Origin: Microbotryum violaceum
Lineage: Eukaryota
DNA: 64,000 nucleotides
Assembly (NCBI GenBank): GCA_001244265.2
Contig: CDLV01000012.1
Location: forward strand, 1,302,001-1,366,000
Reading direction: 5' to 3'
Numbering within the stretch: the first letter of the stretch is position 1; each line of letters begins with the position of its first letter. The position numbers were made by a program, and so were the translations under genes. Shown piece after piece: positions 38,555 to 61,998 of this stretch. The notes below the pieces were generated by a model. It had not been told where the DNA came from. It made no database searches and saw nothing but the letters and a program-made list of their open reading frames with translations.

Positions 38555-38978
38555 GTTTTGCGTAGGTAGAAAAAAAGAAACTCCCTCCGTCAGCGTTTCC
38601 CCCCTCCTCGCCAACATGCGCATTTCCCTTCCGAATCGGGGCCAAGGACACTCCAATTTCAAATTGAATTTGGCGGATGTTGCGATTGGTGAAGACTCCG
38701 AAACTGGCTTGCATAAGAAAGCGCTCCTGAATCATAATGTTCGAGACGAGTCCGACCGAGGGATTTGGTGCTTTCAACACTGCAGTGAGGCATTTTTGGT
38801 AACGGCTTGGTGTGAATATGGCGCACTGTGGTCCACACACACGCCGGTGTGGTGATTAGTGTTTCTCGAGTGCAGTGATGGGGTCCGGCAAAAAACAAGC
38901 CAGGCGCTTTTAAGATTTCTCTTTCGCGGGTCGACTGAACCTGAACAGAGAAAGCACCAGGATCGACAAGAGTAAAAA

Positions 38979-39050
38979 AGACTTCTGCGGGGGTCGAACC
39001 CGCGATCTTTGGATTCGAAGTCCAACGCCGTGCCGCTTGGCCAAGAAGTC
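38979..39050 (-). tRNA. tRNA-Arg(UCG), intronless
   Basis: GACTTCT/AGAAGTC acceptor stem, TGGCCAAGCGG A box, TTGGA-CTTCGAA-TCCAA anticodon arm, GCGGG-TTCGACC-CCCGC T arm and a T-run terminator. Confidence 0.95.
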
Positions 39051-39145
39051 TGAACGTCATAACCACTTTTCTATGAGATCGGCGCCGTTCCATGGAAAGA
39101 ACGCACAGCATGCGCAATAGACTTTAATGCAAAGATTTAAACACT

Positions 39146-41769
39146 TTTGCCGATGACGTTGTCGTCGCCGTCGCGGGCTTGGGGTCACTCAACTTGCTCG
39201 ATGACCTGGCGCTCGACTGGAGGCATGCAACGAATGGCCGGCTCAACACGGACAAGACGGTCGTCCTACCGATCGGACGCCGCTGGGACCCGGGCAACGC
39301 CCGCTCGTCGTCAAGGCCGCAGGCGAGTCGCTCGAGTGGATCGGCCTCCCCTTCGACCCGAGCGGCGACACCGAACTCGCCTACGCGAATCTCATCGAAC
39401 GCCTCGAGGCGACGCTGGAAGGGGTTCAGCATCGCTGGCTCACACACCACACCCGTGCCTTTTACGTCAATCGGTACGCCATCCCCAAGATCCTGCACTT
39501 CCTTGCAGCCGACATCCCGCCGCCCGAAGTCGTCAAGAAGCTCGATGACATGCTCGTCGATTTCGTCCGTGGGGGCAAGGGCAGGACCAGCTACGGCAGA
39601 GATATCGTGTTCACAGCCAAGCTCAAGGGGGACTCGGGGTGATCAGGATGCAGGACGTCGTGGACGCGGTTGCGGCACGGATCTGGGACGTTCTTCTCGG
39701 CGGTTCGGGCGCGATCTGGCAAGGACTTGCGCGCGTGGCACTCCAGCGAGCTCAGTCCGACCTCGACCTGGCCACCGATCTCTGGCCACATCCATCCACT
39801 CCCATCCCCAGCGACCTCCATCCCCGATGGCGAGCAGCATTGGGGTTCCGAAACAGCAAGACGCGCAGGTCAACCCGAGGACCTTGACCACCGCGAACCT
39901 GCTCGCGCTTCCCACCTTGCTCGGCAGCCTCCACACCCCCATCAGAGGGAGACAGACCATCGACGCGGTTCATATACCTGACTACCTTCGTCTCCAGGGC
40001 TACCCGAAGGTGGCGGATCTCTACCGGCGCGAGTTGTATGCGGGTGGGGGTTTCACCTTTGGACGCCGCCGGCGGATGTGCTCGGCGACAACAGCGAGTA
40101 CGATCGACGCGGGCTCCCGCAGCGACTGGCAATCGCGGCCTGGTACCGGTTTACTGTCGATCGACACAAGAACACGCCCTTGGCGGTGGCGGTGGCGGCA
40201 GGACGGCTCAACGTGCCTCCCGGATCGGCACCAGCGCACCGCTCGAGGCGATTCTCCCCAAGCCCGTGGCCCGCTTCGCAATGGAGTAGCACCTTCCGGA
40301 CCCGGTGCTTCCACAGCAGGCGAGCCAGTACAAGCTGCTGAACATGGCTCGACCGTACACCATCCGTCGCATCCGCCGGGTCCTGAACGCGAAGGCCTTT
40401 ACCAACACGCTCGGGCTTAAGGGACCACCGCAGCCGGACGACCTCAGGAGCTTTTGGAAGGCGGCCAACTCGAAGGCACTGACGGCGAGGGAGAGGGAAG
40501 TTTGGTTCAAGCTGATTCTCCGCTTCACCCCGACGCGTAAGCTGCAACACCAACAGAATCACGACACTTCTCCGCGTGCCTCGTCTGCGAAGCGCCGGTG
40601 GACGACACCGACCACTACTTTTTCGACTGCGTTGACTCTGGGAACGTTTGGATAGCGGCAAGGAGCGTGCTCTGCGACGCACTGGGGCTCGACACGATCG
40701 ACAACACGCATTACACGGCTGTTCAACGCATGTTCGGACTTCCGAAGCTCAAGGCCAGTCTACGCGATCAAGAAGGAGCGGGGAGGACGATCGAAATATT
40801 CACCGGGCTGGTCTTGGAGATGATCAGCAGCGGGAGGTGGGGGATGCAGAAGTGGGGGACGAAGATGGAGGGTGTTGTGAGGAGGAGGATCATCTTGGAG
40901 GAGAGGTTGAAGCTGAGGGCGGGAGGAGCTTGGGGAGGAGAGGGCAGTAGAGGCTGGGTTCGACTTTCCCCCACCACCACCACACACACACACCAAATTC
41001 TCGTGACATCATTTTCTCCTACTGTACACTAAATAGATCGCTTTCATCTTTCATTTGTTACAGGTTCACCGTTGCGGATCATGGACCATCTCGCGATTTG
41101 GCGTCGACTCGGTGTGGCTCGCGCTCTTCGGCTTCGGGGTTCTGAGTCAAGGGAGGGATCAGCGGACACAGGCAGAAAGTCGGCTTTGAGGGGCCAGGGA
41201 CTGCCGATGGGGGAGGTTTTGAGGGACCTTCACCGCGTCTTGTTGTGACTGAGCAGAGACTTGGAGCGTCGAGGGTCGTGGTGGTTGCGCATCGGCTTCG
41301 GGGTTCTGAGTCAAGGGAGGGATCAGCGGACACAGGCAGAAAGTCGGCTTTGAGGGGCCAGGGACTGCCGATGGGGGAGGTTTTGAGGGACCTTCACCGC
41401 GTCTTGTTGTGACTGAGCAGAGACTTGGAGCGTCGAGGGTCGTGGTGGTTGCGCAGTCGTGCTCTTGTCTTCGTCTCGACCGAGTGGGAAGTGGCTGTGG
41501 GGTGGGCCTTCTGTCGTTAGTACATTTCTTTTCTTTCTTTTTTCTCTTCATCTCTCTTTCTCTCTCTCATTAGTCTCCTGGGGGGAGCAACCGCTTGGCT
41601 AGGGCATTTGAATCCGAATCTCGGATTGGTGGACTTGGCTCGTTTCTCGCACTTTTGCGGGCGGTTTGTGTTATCATCGTAGTCTTCCATCTAGTTTTTC
41701 CGTAGGCCAAAACAGGGGGAACAGGAACTGGGGGCAATATGATGAACGTTTTCTACAAAAAAAAAAAAA
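39146..41769 (+). mobile_element. LINE unit 1 (family A), 5'-truncated at the RT FADD motif, frameshifted, poly(A)-tailed
   Basis: FADD...[17 protein letters not shown] and C-terminal HYFFDC zinc motif. Homologous to 59215-61687. A 164-bp tandem duplication lies in the 3' UTR. Confidence 0.92.
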
Positions 41770-41965
41770 TGGGGGGGAGCAACCGCTTGGCTAGGGCATT
41801 TGAATCCGAATCTCGGATTGGTGGACTTGGCTCGTTTCTCGCACTTTTGCGGGCGGTTTGTGTTATCATCGTAGTCTTCCATCTAGTTTTTTCCGTAGGC
41901 CAAATAGGGGGAACATGAATTGGGGGCAATATGATGAACAGTTTCTACAAAAAAAAAAAAAAAAA
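41770..41965 (+). mobile_element. LINE unit 2: family A 3'-UTR fragment plus poly(A)
   Basis: Near copy of 41580-41769. Confidence 0.9.
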
Positions 41966-42058
41966 CCCTCGTGCATACTGGGTAGCATCTCCTTTAGTTC
42001 CGTAGGGGGTTTTCTCGTCTTGCAAATTAGCGATGAGTTTCATACAAAAAAAAAAAAA
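41966..42058 (+). mobile_element. LINE unit 3: family B 3'-terminal fragment plus poly(A)
   Basis: Matches 45097-45182. Confidence 0.9.
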
Positions 42059-45000
42059 CCCCTCGGGATTGGCGACTCGCGACGAACGGACGTCTAAACA
42101 CCGACAAAACTGTGGTGATGCCATTGGGCGCGACGTTGTGGGATCGCGCGGACTTGTCCAAACTGTCGTTCGTGGCACCGGACGAGTCTCTTCCCTGGAT
42201 CGGTCTCCAGTTTGCGCCTGACGGCAACAACAGGCTGGGATTCCATGATCTTGAGCGAAGGGTTGATCGAGTGATTCTATCGGTGCGCGACCGATGGATG
42301 ACGCACCATACCCGGGCTTTCTATCTTAACCGCTACGGCATCTCCAAGGTGCTGCACTCTCTCTCCGCCGACATCCCGCCATCCGACGTGATCAAGTCGA
42401 TCGAGCGCAAGCTTGCTGACTTTGTGAAGGGAGGCCCGCGGCGCAGCGACTACAAGCAATCGGTCGTCTTCACGGCACGGGCGCGAGGCGGTCTCAGCGT
42501 CGTGAGCATCCAGGATGTGGTGGATTCAGTCTCGGTACGGATCTGGGATGTGCTGGCCGGCGGGTCAACTGCGATTTGGGGCGATCTGGCTCGGAGTTCC
42601 ATCCGGCGAGCGCTTCCGACCTTTGACTTTGCTGCGGATCTGTGGACGTGGAGGAACGCCGACGCACCCCGGGAGCTACATCCCCGCTGGCGAGCGGTGC
42701 TCTCGGTCGCTGAACGCTACCCTGCCGTCGTCGATCCTGCCAAACTTTCGGTCTCCAATCTTCTTTCTCTTTCCCCCTCCAACCGGGTCTGCATGACTCG
42801 CGGGCGTTCTCGGAGCAGGATAAGCGTTTGGCGAAGCATTTCAGTTTCGAACGCACCATCGCTGACATCTATGCTCGAGCTCAATACCCCGCAGCTCCAA
42901 CGGTGCCCTGGACCCCTGAGAAGCATCCCCAAGGCGACGGCTCGGAGCTGTCCAACCTTTGGCAATGGAAGCGCGATCAAGTCCAGGCGTGGATCCAGGT
43001 CGCAGGCGATCGCTTCATCCCGCCGCTTCCGCCTCCTGTTCCCGTCCTCGCACGTCGACCACCCGTCATTCGTGTCGTTGGAGCACCTGGAGCCCGGCCC
43101 GGCGGTCCCCTCGAGCACATCTTGCCCAGAGCGACTCCGGTCGGCATGCCTGATCAAAGACTTCCCCTCCCCTCCGCCCCCTTGCTTGCTAATCAGTGGA
43201 GAATGTTGAGCTTGGACAGACCCTACACCATTGCGCGACTTCGACGCGTCATCAACCATCGACGTTTCGACGACACACAACGCCCTGGATCACTCGCCAC
43301 ACCCAAAGAAAGGCGACTCTTCTGGGGTGGTTCCACACCGGGCCCGCCACGGCCCGCGAGCGCGAGGTGCACTTCAAGCTGGCGTACCACTTCACGCCAA
43401 CGCGGAAGCGCCAGTTTGTGCAGCGGCATGGCGACTCGGCCTGCTGCCTTGTGCAGGCATGCAGCCTGGCAGGGGTGGAGGATGACTTTACTCACTTTTG
43501 GCATGATTGCCCTGACTCTTCTCAATTTTGGCAAGCAGCTAGGTCCATTATCTGCGACGCGCTGGGGTCGTGTCGATCCTCGACCTCGACTACACGGCAC
43601 TTCAGATCGAGCACGGCCTCCCTCGACTGCGCGCTCGCCTTCCGACGTCGAAAAAGCGTCCAATCCGCGCCTTCATTGCGCTGGCGCTCGACACTCTCAG
43701 CAACCGACGCTGGGATCTCCATCGCCACGCCAGAGCGATGTCGAGCATGGACAAGGAGATGGCGGGACTGAAGGAGAGGTTGGAGCTCAGATTGGCGCGA
43801 TGAAGTAGATGTCCCTCCCTCCCTATCCAAGCAAAAACCAAACCCCAAAAAATCACAAGTCCCTTTTCCCTCCTTCTCAATCTCCAAAATGTCTCCCAAA
43901 CACGCCAGAATACTGAACCTGTTTTTTCTCGCTCTTTTTGCCATTCCTCCTCATAGGCTTCCGTACTCCCAGGAGCCTCGGGTTCTTTGCGCCGGCGGGC
44001 ATTGTCGCCCTTGGTTCGAGCTTCTGCCACATCACGATGACACACAGCGAAAACGGATCCCCTTGGCCCTCTCCTGGACTATACCGTGAGTTTTCCACTC
44101 CTCTCAAGGGCCGGGTCTGTCTTCTCTTTCGGTCGAGCGACCCGTGATCTCCTGTTCAAGGCCGGCACAAACTGCCTGCGTGGCTCGCCTCTCCTTGCTT
44201 TGCTGCTCGCTCGGAGTCGCGGCCCCGCGGCGGGTGACTCGGGTACCGAACCGCCATACACATCCACACTCGAGCGAGGTCCCACCCAATGACATCACCG
44301 TCGTGGGCCTCATGCTCCTTCTTTCCCCAGTATCTGCGGTGATTGGGAACCACCTGCACGTACAACGGGACTCGAGTGTGCGTTCCGAGATTGGGAGTAC
44401 GCCGCAGGGAAGCGAGGCCCCTGCGGAAGGTATACCCCGCCCTTGTCTCCAGCCGCGCGCCGGTGTTGACGGCCACCCGCCCGCGCTGCACCCGACCGAG
44501 GCGTGTCCAATGGACTGTCACATGCTCCGTGACTTTCCCGGAAATCTCTGGATTGTGTGTTTTTGTGCGAAGTAGGCCTGTTTCGCAGTTGCAGTCATTG
44601 GAATGGGGGTGATCTGGGGTCGTGCGGTCGCGAGGGGGGCCGACTTTGGTAACCGAAAAGGGGTTTGGAATCCGCGGTGGAGATCCAGCGCAGACGGGTA
44701 CAAGGGGTATGTGATTGCTGCGGTCGCAGGGGTTACATTCCCCTTTGGACCACGTGAATCATTTGGATTGAGCGGGATGTTTGTGCCATCGGAGGCCTTG
44801 TTCGACGCGTCTCAAAGAATTAAGGGGCTTCAAGGAGTATGGCGGTCTCAGGGGGGGCTGAAGTCAAAAGATCGAAGAAGGTTCAACTGTACGACTATAA
44901 TCGGATTCGCCTGTACAACACAGTACCATCACCAACGACTCATCCATCTTTTCCCGATTCCTTGTGTATAATCTTCAACCTTCCTTTCATTCGTCTCTGG

Positions 45001-45182
45001 GAGGGAGCAACCGTGGGTGGGGGGACTTGAACTCGGATGTATCGGGTTGGTCTGTTCTGCTAGTTACAACGCATCAAGCGGCGGTTGTGGTCATCATCGT
45101 GCATGCTGGGTAGCATCTCCTTTAGTTCCGTAGGGGGTTTTCTCGTCTTGCAAATTAGCGATGAGTTTCATACAAAAAAAAA
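42059..45182 (+). mobile_element. LINE unit 4 (family B), 5'-truncated, ORF2 C-terminal half, ~1.4-kb 3' UTR, poly(A)
   Basis: NTDKTVVMPLG, HHTRAFYLNRYGISK, ARGGLSV, THFWHDC. Coding ends at ~43803. Confidence 0.9.
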
Positions 45183-45240
45183 CCCCCGAACCGCCATACA
45201 CATCCACACTCGAGCGAGGTCCCACCCAATGACATCACCG

Positions 45241-50105
<4,865 letters not shown>

Positions 50106-51003
50106 CACCGTCGTGGGCCTCATGCTCCTTCTTTCCCCAGTATCTGCGGTGATTGGGAACCACCTGCACGTACAACGGGACTCGAGTGTGCGTTCCGAGA
50201 TTGGGAGTACGCCGCAGGGAAGCGAGGCCCCTGCGGAAGGTATACCCCGCCCTTGTCTCCAGCCGCGCGCCGGTGTTGACGGCCACCCGCCCGCGCTGCA
50301 CCCGACCGAGGCGTGTCCAATGGACTGTCACATGCTCCGTGACTTTCCCCGGAAATCTCTGGATTGTGTGTTTTTGTGCGAAGTAGGCCTGTTTCGCAGT
50401 TGCAGTCATTGGAATGGGGGTGATCTGGGGTCGTGCGGTCGCGAGGGGGGGCCGACTTTGGTAACCGAAAAGGGGTTTGGAATCCGCGGTGGAGATCCAG
50501 CGCAGACGGGTACAAGGGGTATGTGATTGCTGCGGTCGCAGGGGGTTACATTCCCCCTTTGGACCACGTGAATCATTTGGATTGAGCGGGATGTTTGTGC
50601 CATCGGAGGCCTTGTTCGACGCGTCTCAAAGAATTAAGGGCCTCAAGGAGTATGGCAGTCTCAGGGGGGTCTGAAGTCAAAAGATCGAAGAAGGTTCAAC
50701 TGTACAACTATGATCGGATTCACCTGTACAACACATGTACCACCACCAACATTTCTTCCATCGTTTCCAGATTCCCCGTGTATTATCTTCAATCTTCCTT
50801 TCATTCGTCTCTGGGAGGGAGCAACCGTGGGTGGGGGGACTTGAACTCGGATGTATCGGGTTGGTCTGTTCTGCTAGTTACAACGCATCGAGCGGCGGTT
50901 GTGGTCATCAACGTGCATACTGGGCAACATCACCTTTAGTTCCGTAGGGGGGTTTCTCGTCTTGCAAATTAGCGATGAGTTTCATACAAAAAAAAAAAAA
51001 AAA

Positions 51004-54000
51004 GTGCAGGGCATTGCTTCACGGCACGCACAGTCGCTCTTCACGCCGGACCCAGCTCGTGGCGACCCGACGAACCCACGTCGGTCCCTGCTCGACCCTA
51101 TTCGCGCGGCGAAATGCTACGATGACGACCGCTCGGACCCTACGTTCGGTCGTCGGCTGCCTCGTCAAGCGAGAGTGGCGCTTGACGAGCCCTTCACCCT
51201 CCTCGAGGTTGAAGCGGCGTTGAAGAAGACGGATTCGGGGCGATCACCGGGGCCCTCGGGCATTCCGTACGAGCTCTTCAAGGCGCTGCCAACCTACTTT
51301 GCTCCCAAGCTGTTGGATTTGTTCAACTCGATTTGGGAGGGGGGTAAAATGACGGCGTCCTTGGCAGAGGGGCTGGTGCGGCTTTTGCCCAAGAACAAAC
51401 CGGGGGCCAATCTGAAATCACTGGGGCATATCGACCGATCACACTGCGCGAGACGACCTACAAGGTCCTCAGCAAGGTCTTGGTGGCGCGACTCAATGGG
51501 GTGCTCGGCGAGCTTTTGCCGCCGGCGCAACACGGGTTCATGCCATCAAGACGTTCAGCAGACGCGGGAAGTCATCTCACTCTCCTTCTCGAATAACTCA
51601 AGTCGCTAGGCACTGAAGTTTTCCCCGAGGGCGCCCTCTTGTCCTTGGATCAGCAGAGCGCGTACGATCGGGTCGATCACGCATGGATCTTCGACGTCTT
51701 CGAGGCCTTTGGCTTTGGTGAGCGTTTCATTTCCCTGCTGCGCGCTCTGTACGATCCCGAGACTCTTGGGGTGCGCTACCTCATCAATGGGTTCCCCACG
51801 GAGTTGGTGCGGTTGCTGTGTGGTCTCGGTCAGGGTGATCCCCTCTCGTGCCCGGTTTGGAACATCACGTTCCAGCCCTTCCTCGACGCCCTCGTTCGGC
51901 GCGGGATCGCGCTCGACCTGCAGAAGGTGTGGCCAGGGGGGCCGCGTGCGCAGCTTACGCATCTGGCGTTTGCCGACGATGCTGTGGCGGTGGTGGAGTC
52001 ACCGGCGGCATTGTCGAAGCTGGAAACGCTGTCGCAGACGTGGTACAAGGCAACCAACGGGAAGACCAACACGGACAAGACGCTGGTGCTACCACTCGGA
52101 CCGAACTGGCTTCGGGACGAGACTGCGCAGGCGCTGCCATCGGTGCAGGAGGGGGAGAGCTTCAAGTGGTGCGGCTATGCCTTCTTTCGCCATGGTGACT
52201 CGAAGCTGTTTTGGACCCATGTTCTTGACAGGATCAAGGCCAAGACCCGCGCCGCTCGAGACCGGACACTTTCGCCGAGTGGGAAGGTCTTCTATGCCAA
52301 CGCTCACATCATCTCGACGGTCCTCCACGTGCTGTCCTTCGACATACCGCCTCATGGTTCATTAAGGCGGCGGAGACAGCACTTACGGATTTTGTCTGGG
52401 GAGGAGCAGGGCGAAATACCGTCGCTCGCGATTTCGTGTTCCAGGCTCGGGAGGACGGTGGCTTGGGCTTGATTTCGATCGGCGACATCGTTCATTCGGT
52501 GGCGCTTCGATTTTGGGATGCTGTGGCGGGCTCGAACGAGGCGATCTGGGCGCCTCTAGCTCGCGAGAGCTGGAGGTCCCTCGTCGCTGCGACCCGCGAT
52601 TTCAGTCCGTGGGGGTTCTTCAGCAGCAGGGCTCGGGTCGAGAAGCTGTATCGCGACTCGACGCGCTGGGGGTCAGTCGTTGCAGCGGCCAGGGTCACAG
52701 TTCCAACCATCAAGTCCGAACTCCTTACGCTCCCCGAATTGCTCTCGCTTCCGCCTCGCCTCCCTTCACTCTATGCTGAAGGTGCCAAGCACGCATATGA
52801 CGATGCGGACGCAGTGGCGAAGTTTGCGCAGATCGCGGACCTGTACTGGAGGGACGAAGGAAAGGGCTGGGCTCTGGTTGGTCATCGACGCGGGTTCTGG
52901 CAGCACTCTAAGGAACCCGCCCTACAGCACGAGCACGTGTGGTCGCGCGTGGGTCAGTTGCTCAAGGCGAAAGCCTTGCTGCCCAAGACCGCGTTGCGAC
53001 CTGCTCGGATACCTCTCAAGGAGGCTCCCCGTCCTCGGTGCTTCAACTTCTTTGGGCTCATTCGACCTTTTACGATTCGCAAGCTTCGTCGGCTTGTGAA
53101 CGTGGTTCGGTTCCCAGGGAGGGAGGATCGTGTCAAGCGTTTCCGTGATGGGTCTTCTCAGAGCGATAGGAAGCGCTTCTGGAGATGGCTTTATGACCGG
53201 TTCGCGTCTGCTGTGGAGCAGGACACCCACTGGCGGCTCATGTACGACGTGACGCCGACGCGCAAGAGGCAGCATACTCAGGGTCATGCCTCTTCGCCGA
53301 CGTGTCTGTTCTGCGGCAAAGATGCAGCGGTCATCGAGACGGTGTCGCACTACTTCTTCGAGTGCGCGTACTCGACCAGCTTCTGGGGTGGGGTGCTTCG
53401 TATTCTGTTCGACAAGCTGGGCATCGAGGATACCGACGTCGATCCGTCGACGTTCACTCCGGAGCAGCTGACTATGGGGCTCCCCTTTTGCGGGGTCGTG
53501 GGAGAACGACCTCGAGATGGATGTGGGTTCGGCTGGCCTGCGCGATCGGCTTCCAGCGGCTGCACCTGCTCCCCTGGCGCGTTCATCAGCGGTTCGAGCT
53601 GGACAACGTCGTGGCCCCTCCCTCGCTCCCCAGTGCACTCAGAGCGTTCGAGCGAGATTTTCTCTCTCGAGCGGGTTTTGTGCCTGGGGCTCGAGATTGG
53701 GAGGTGTGATGACCGAGTTAAGTCCTTCCTTCCCATTTTCCTCCCCTCCTTTCCTCCCTTCTTTTTCGGAGGTCGACTCCTCTTTTAGAAGCTGACTGTC
53801 TTGAAACTTGTTGCGCAGTGGAAGGCTGCGCACCTCTCCCTCTCTCTCTCTACTTTGCGCAGTAGCGGTTTTTTTGTTCTTGGATGAGTCGGCAAGCCAG
53901 GTCGATTGTCTTTGCGTTGGAGGCTTTGTGAAGTTTTTCCCTCTCCTTTCCCCCCTTTTTCCCTTCCCTTCCTCTTCTCGTTCCTGTTGCTCGGTTGTTG

Positions 54001-54676
54001 ACTACGCTTCAGCCACTTCTCCTTTTACTCCTAAGCCGTGTGTTGGGTTCCGTTGAATGGTTCGTTCGTTCGCGTTGGTCAAGATCTACGGCATGGCTCG
54101 GGAAGGAAGGTCGCTCGTTTCTGGTCAATATCCTCGCGTCAAGGCGAGGCTCGTTTCGTTGTACTGGATCGCTTTTATCTCGGCCCCGACGGCTCAACAG
54201 CCAGCACTCGAGATTTAGCCAAGGGAGGACATCAGGCGCTGTCGGGGTGACGAGTAGCTGGGGCTTGGCTGCGGCCTGTTAGTCCCTGGGGACCTCTACC
54301 TCCGGCTTCGACCCCCTCCCTTGGCCCCTCGGGTGTGTTCCCCTCCTCTCTGTCTTAGTATTCCTGGTTCTCCGTATCCCCAGTTGTGACTTTCTGTATA
54401 CTCTCCCCCTTCTTTCTCTAGGCGCTCTTGCCTGGTTTTCGAGTATCTTTGCTCCCGCTCTTGGGACGTGAAGCGGCAGCAGTACTCACCGCCCGTTGGA
54501 GTCCGCGTTAGGTGCTCGGCGGGTTTTGATCTGCGCAGCGCTCTTTGCGCGCAGGGGTTTGACTTTCACCCAACTGCTTGCCGTCGTTGCTTTATAACCT
54601 CCTTTAGCTCTTTTTGTAGCGGTCCCAGCCAACCCGAAGGATTGCAATTTATGAGCCCCAGTAAAAAAAATAAAAA

Positions 54677-54677
<1 letters not shown>
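51004..54677 (+). mobile_element. LINE unit 6 (family C), 5'-truncated, full RT domain, frameshifted, A-rich tail
   Basis: RSPGPSG, LDQQSAYDRVDH, GLGQGDPLS, LAFADD, EDGGLGL, CLFC...HYFFEC. About 1 kb of 3' UTR. Confidence 0.92.
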
Positions 54678-61038
<6,361 letters not shown>

Positions 61039-61695
61039 AGGCTGGGTTCGACTTTCCCCCACCACCACCACACACACACACCAAATTCCCGTGACATTAT
61101 TTTCTCCTACTGTACACTAAATAGATCGCTTTCATCTTTCATTTGTTACAGGTTCACCGTTGCGGATCATGGACCATCTCGCGATTTGGCGTCGACTCGG
61201 TGTGGCTGGCGCTCTTCGGCTTCGGGGTTCTGAGTCAAGGGAGGGATCAGCGGACACAGGCAGAAAGTCGGCTTTGAGGGGCCAGGGACTGCCGATGGGG
61301 GAGGTTTTGAGGGACCTTCACCGCGTCTTGTTGTGACTGAGCAGAGACTTGGAGCGTCGAGGGTCGTGGTGGTTGCGCAGTCGTGCTCTTGTCTTCGTCT
61401 CGACCGAGTGGGAAGTGGCTGTGGGGTGGGCCTTCTGTCGTTAGTACATTTTTTTTTTCTTTTTCTCTTCGTCTCTCTTTCTCTCTCTCATTAGTCTCCT
61501 GGGGGGAGCAACCGCTTGGCTAGGGCATTTGAATCCGAATCTCGGATTGGTGGACTTGGCTCGTTTCTCGCACTTTTGCGGGCGGTTTGTGTTATCATCG
61601 TAGTCTTCCATCTAGTTTTTCCGTAGGCCAAAACAGGGGGAACAGGAACTGGGGGCAATATGATGAACGTTTTCTACAAAAAAAAAAGGGCGGCT

Positions 61696-61998
61696 AGCCG
61701 CGCGGTCGCCTCTCCTGTCTTTGTCTCGACCGAGTTGGGAAGTGGCGGCGGGGTGGGCCTCTTGTCGTTAGTTAGGTTTTCCTTTCTCTCTCTCATTCGT
61801 CTCCTGGGGGGGGGGGGGGGGGAGGAACCGCTTGGCTGGGGCACTTGAATTCGAAGTGTCGGATTGGTGGACTTGGCCCGTTTCTCGCATCTTGCGGGCG
61901 GTTGTGTTATCATCGTCGATTTCCATCTAGTTTTTCCGTAGGTTAATCAGGGGGAACAGGGATTGGGGCAATATTATGAACAGTTTCTACAAAAAAAA
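61696..61998 (+). mobile_element. LINE unit 8: diverged family-A-related 3'-UTR fragment plus poly(A)
   Basis: Similar to 61385-61687 and flanked by GGCGGCT at 61689-61695 and 61999-62005. Confidence 0.88.

Noticed and set aside
40955-40970. B-box-like GGTTCGA motifs in LINE 3' regions
   Set aside because: Imperfect matches expected by chance, with no A box identified.
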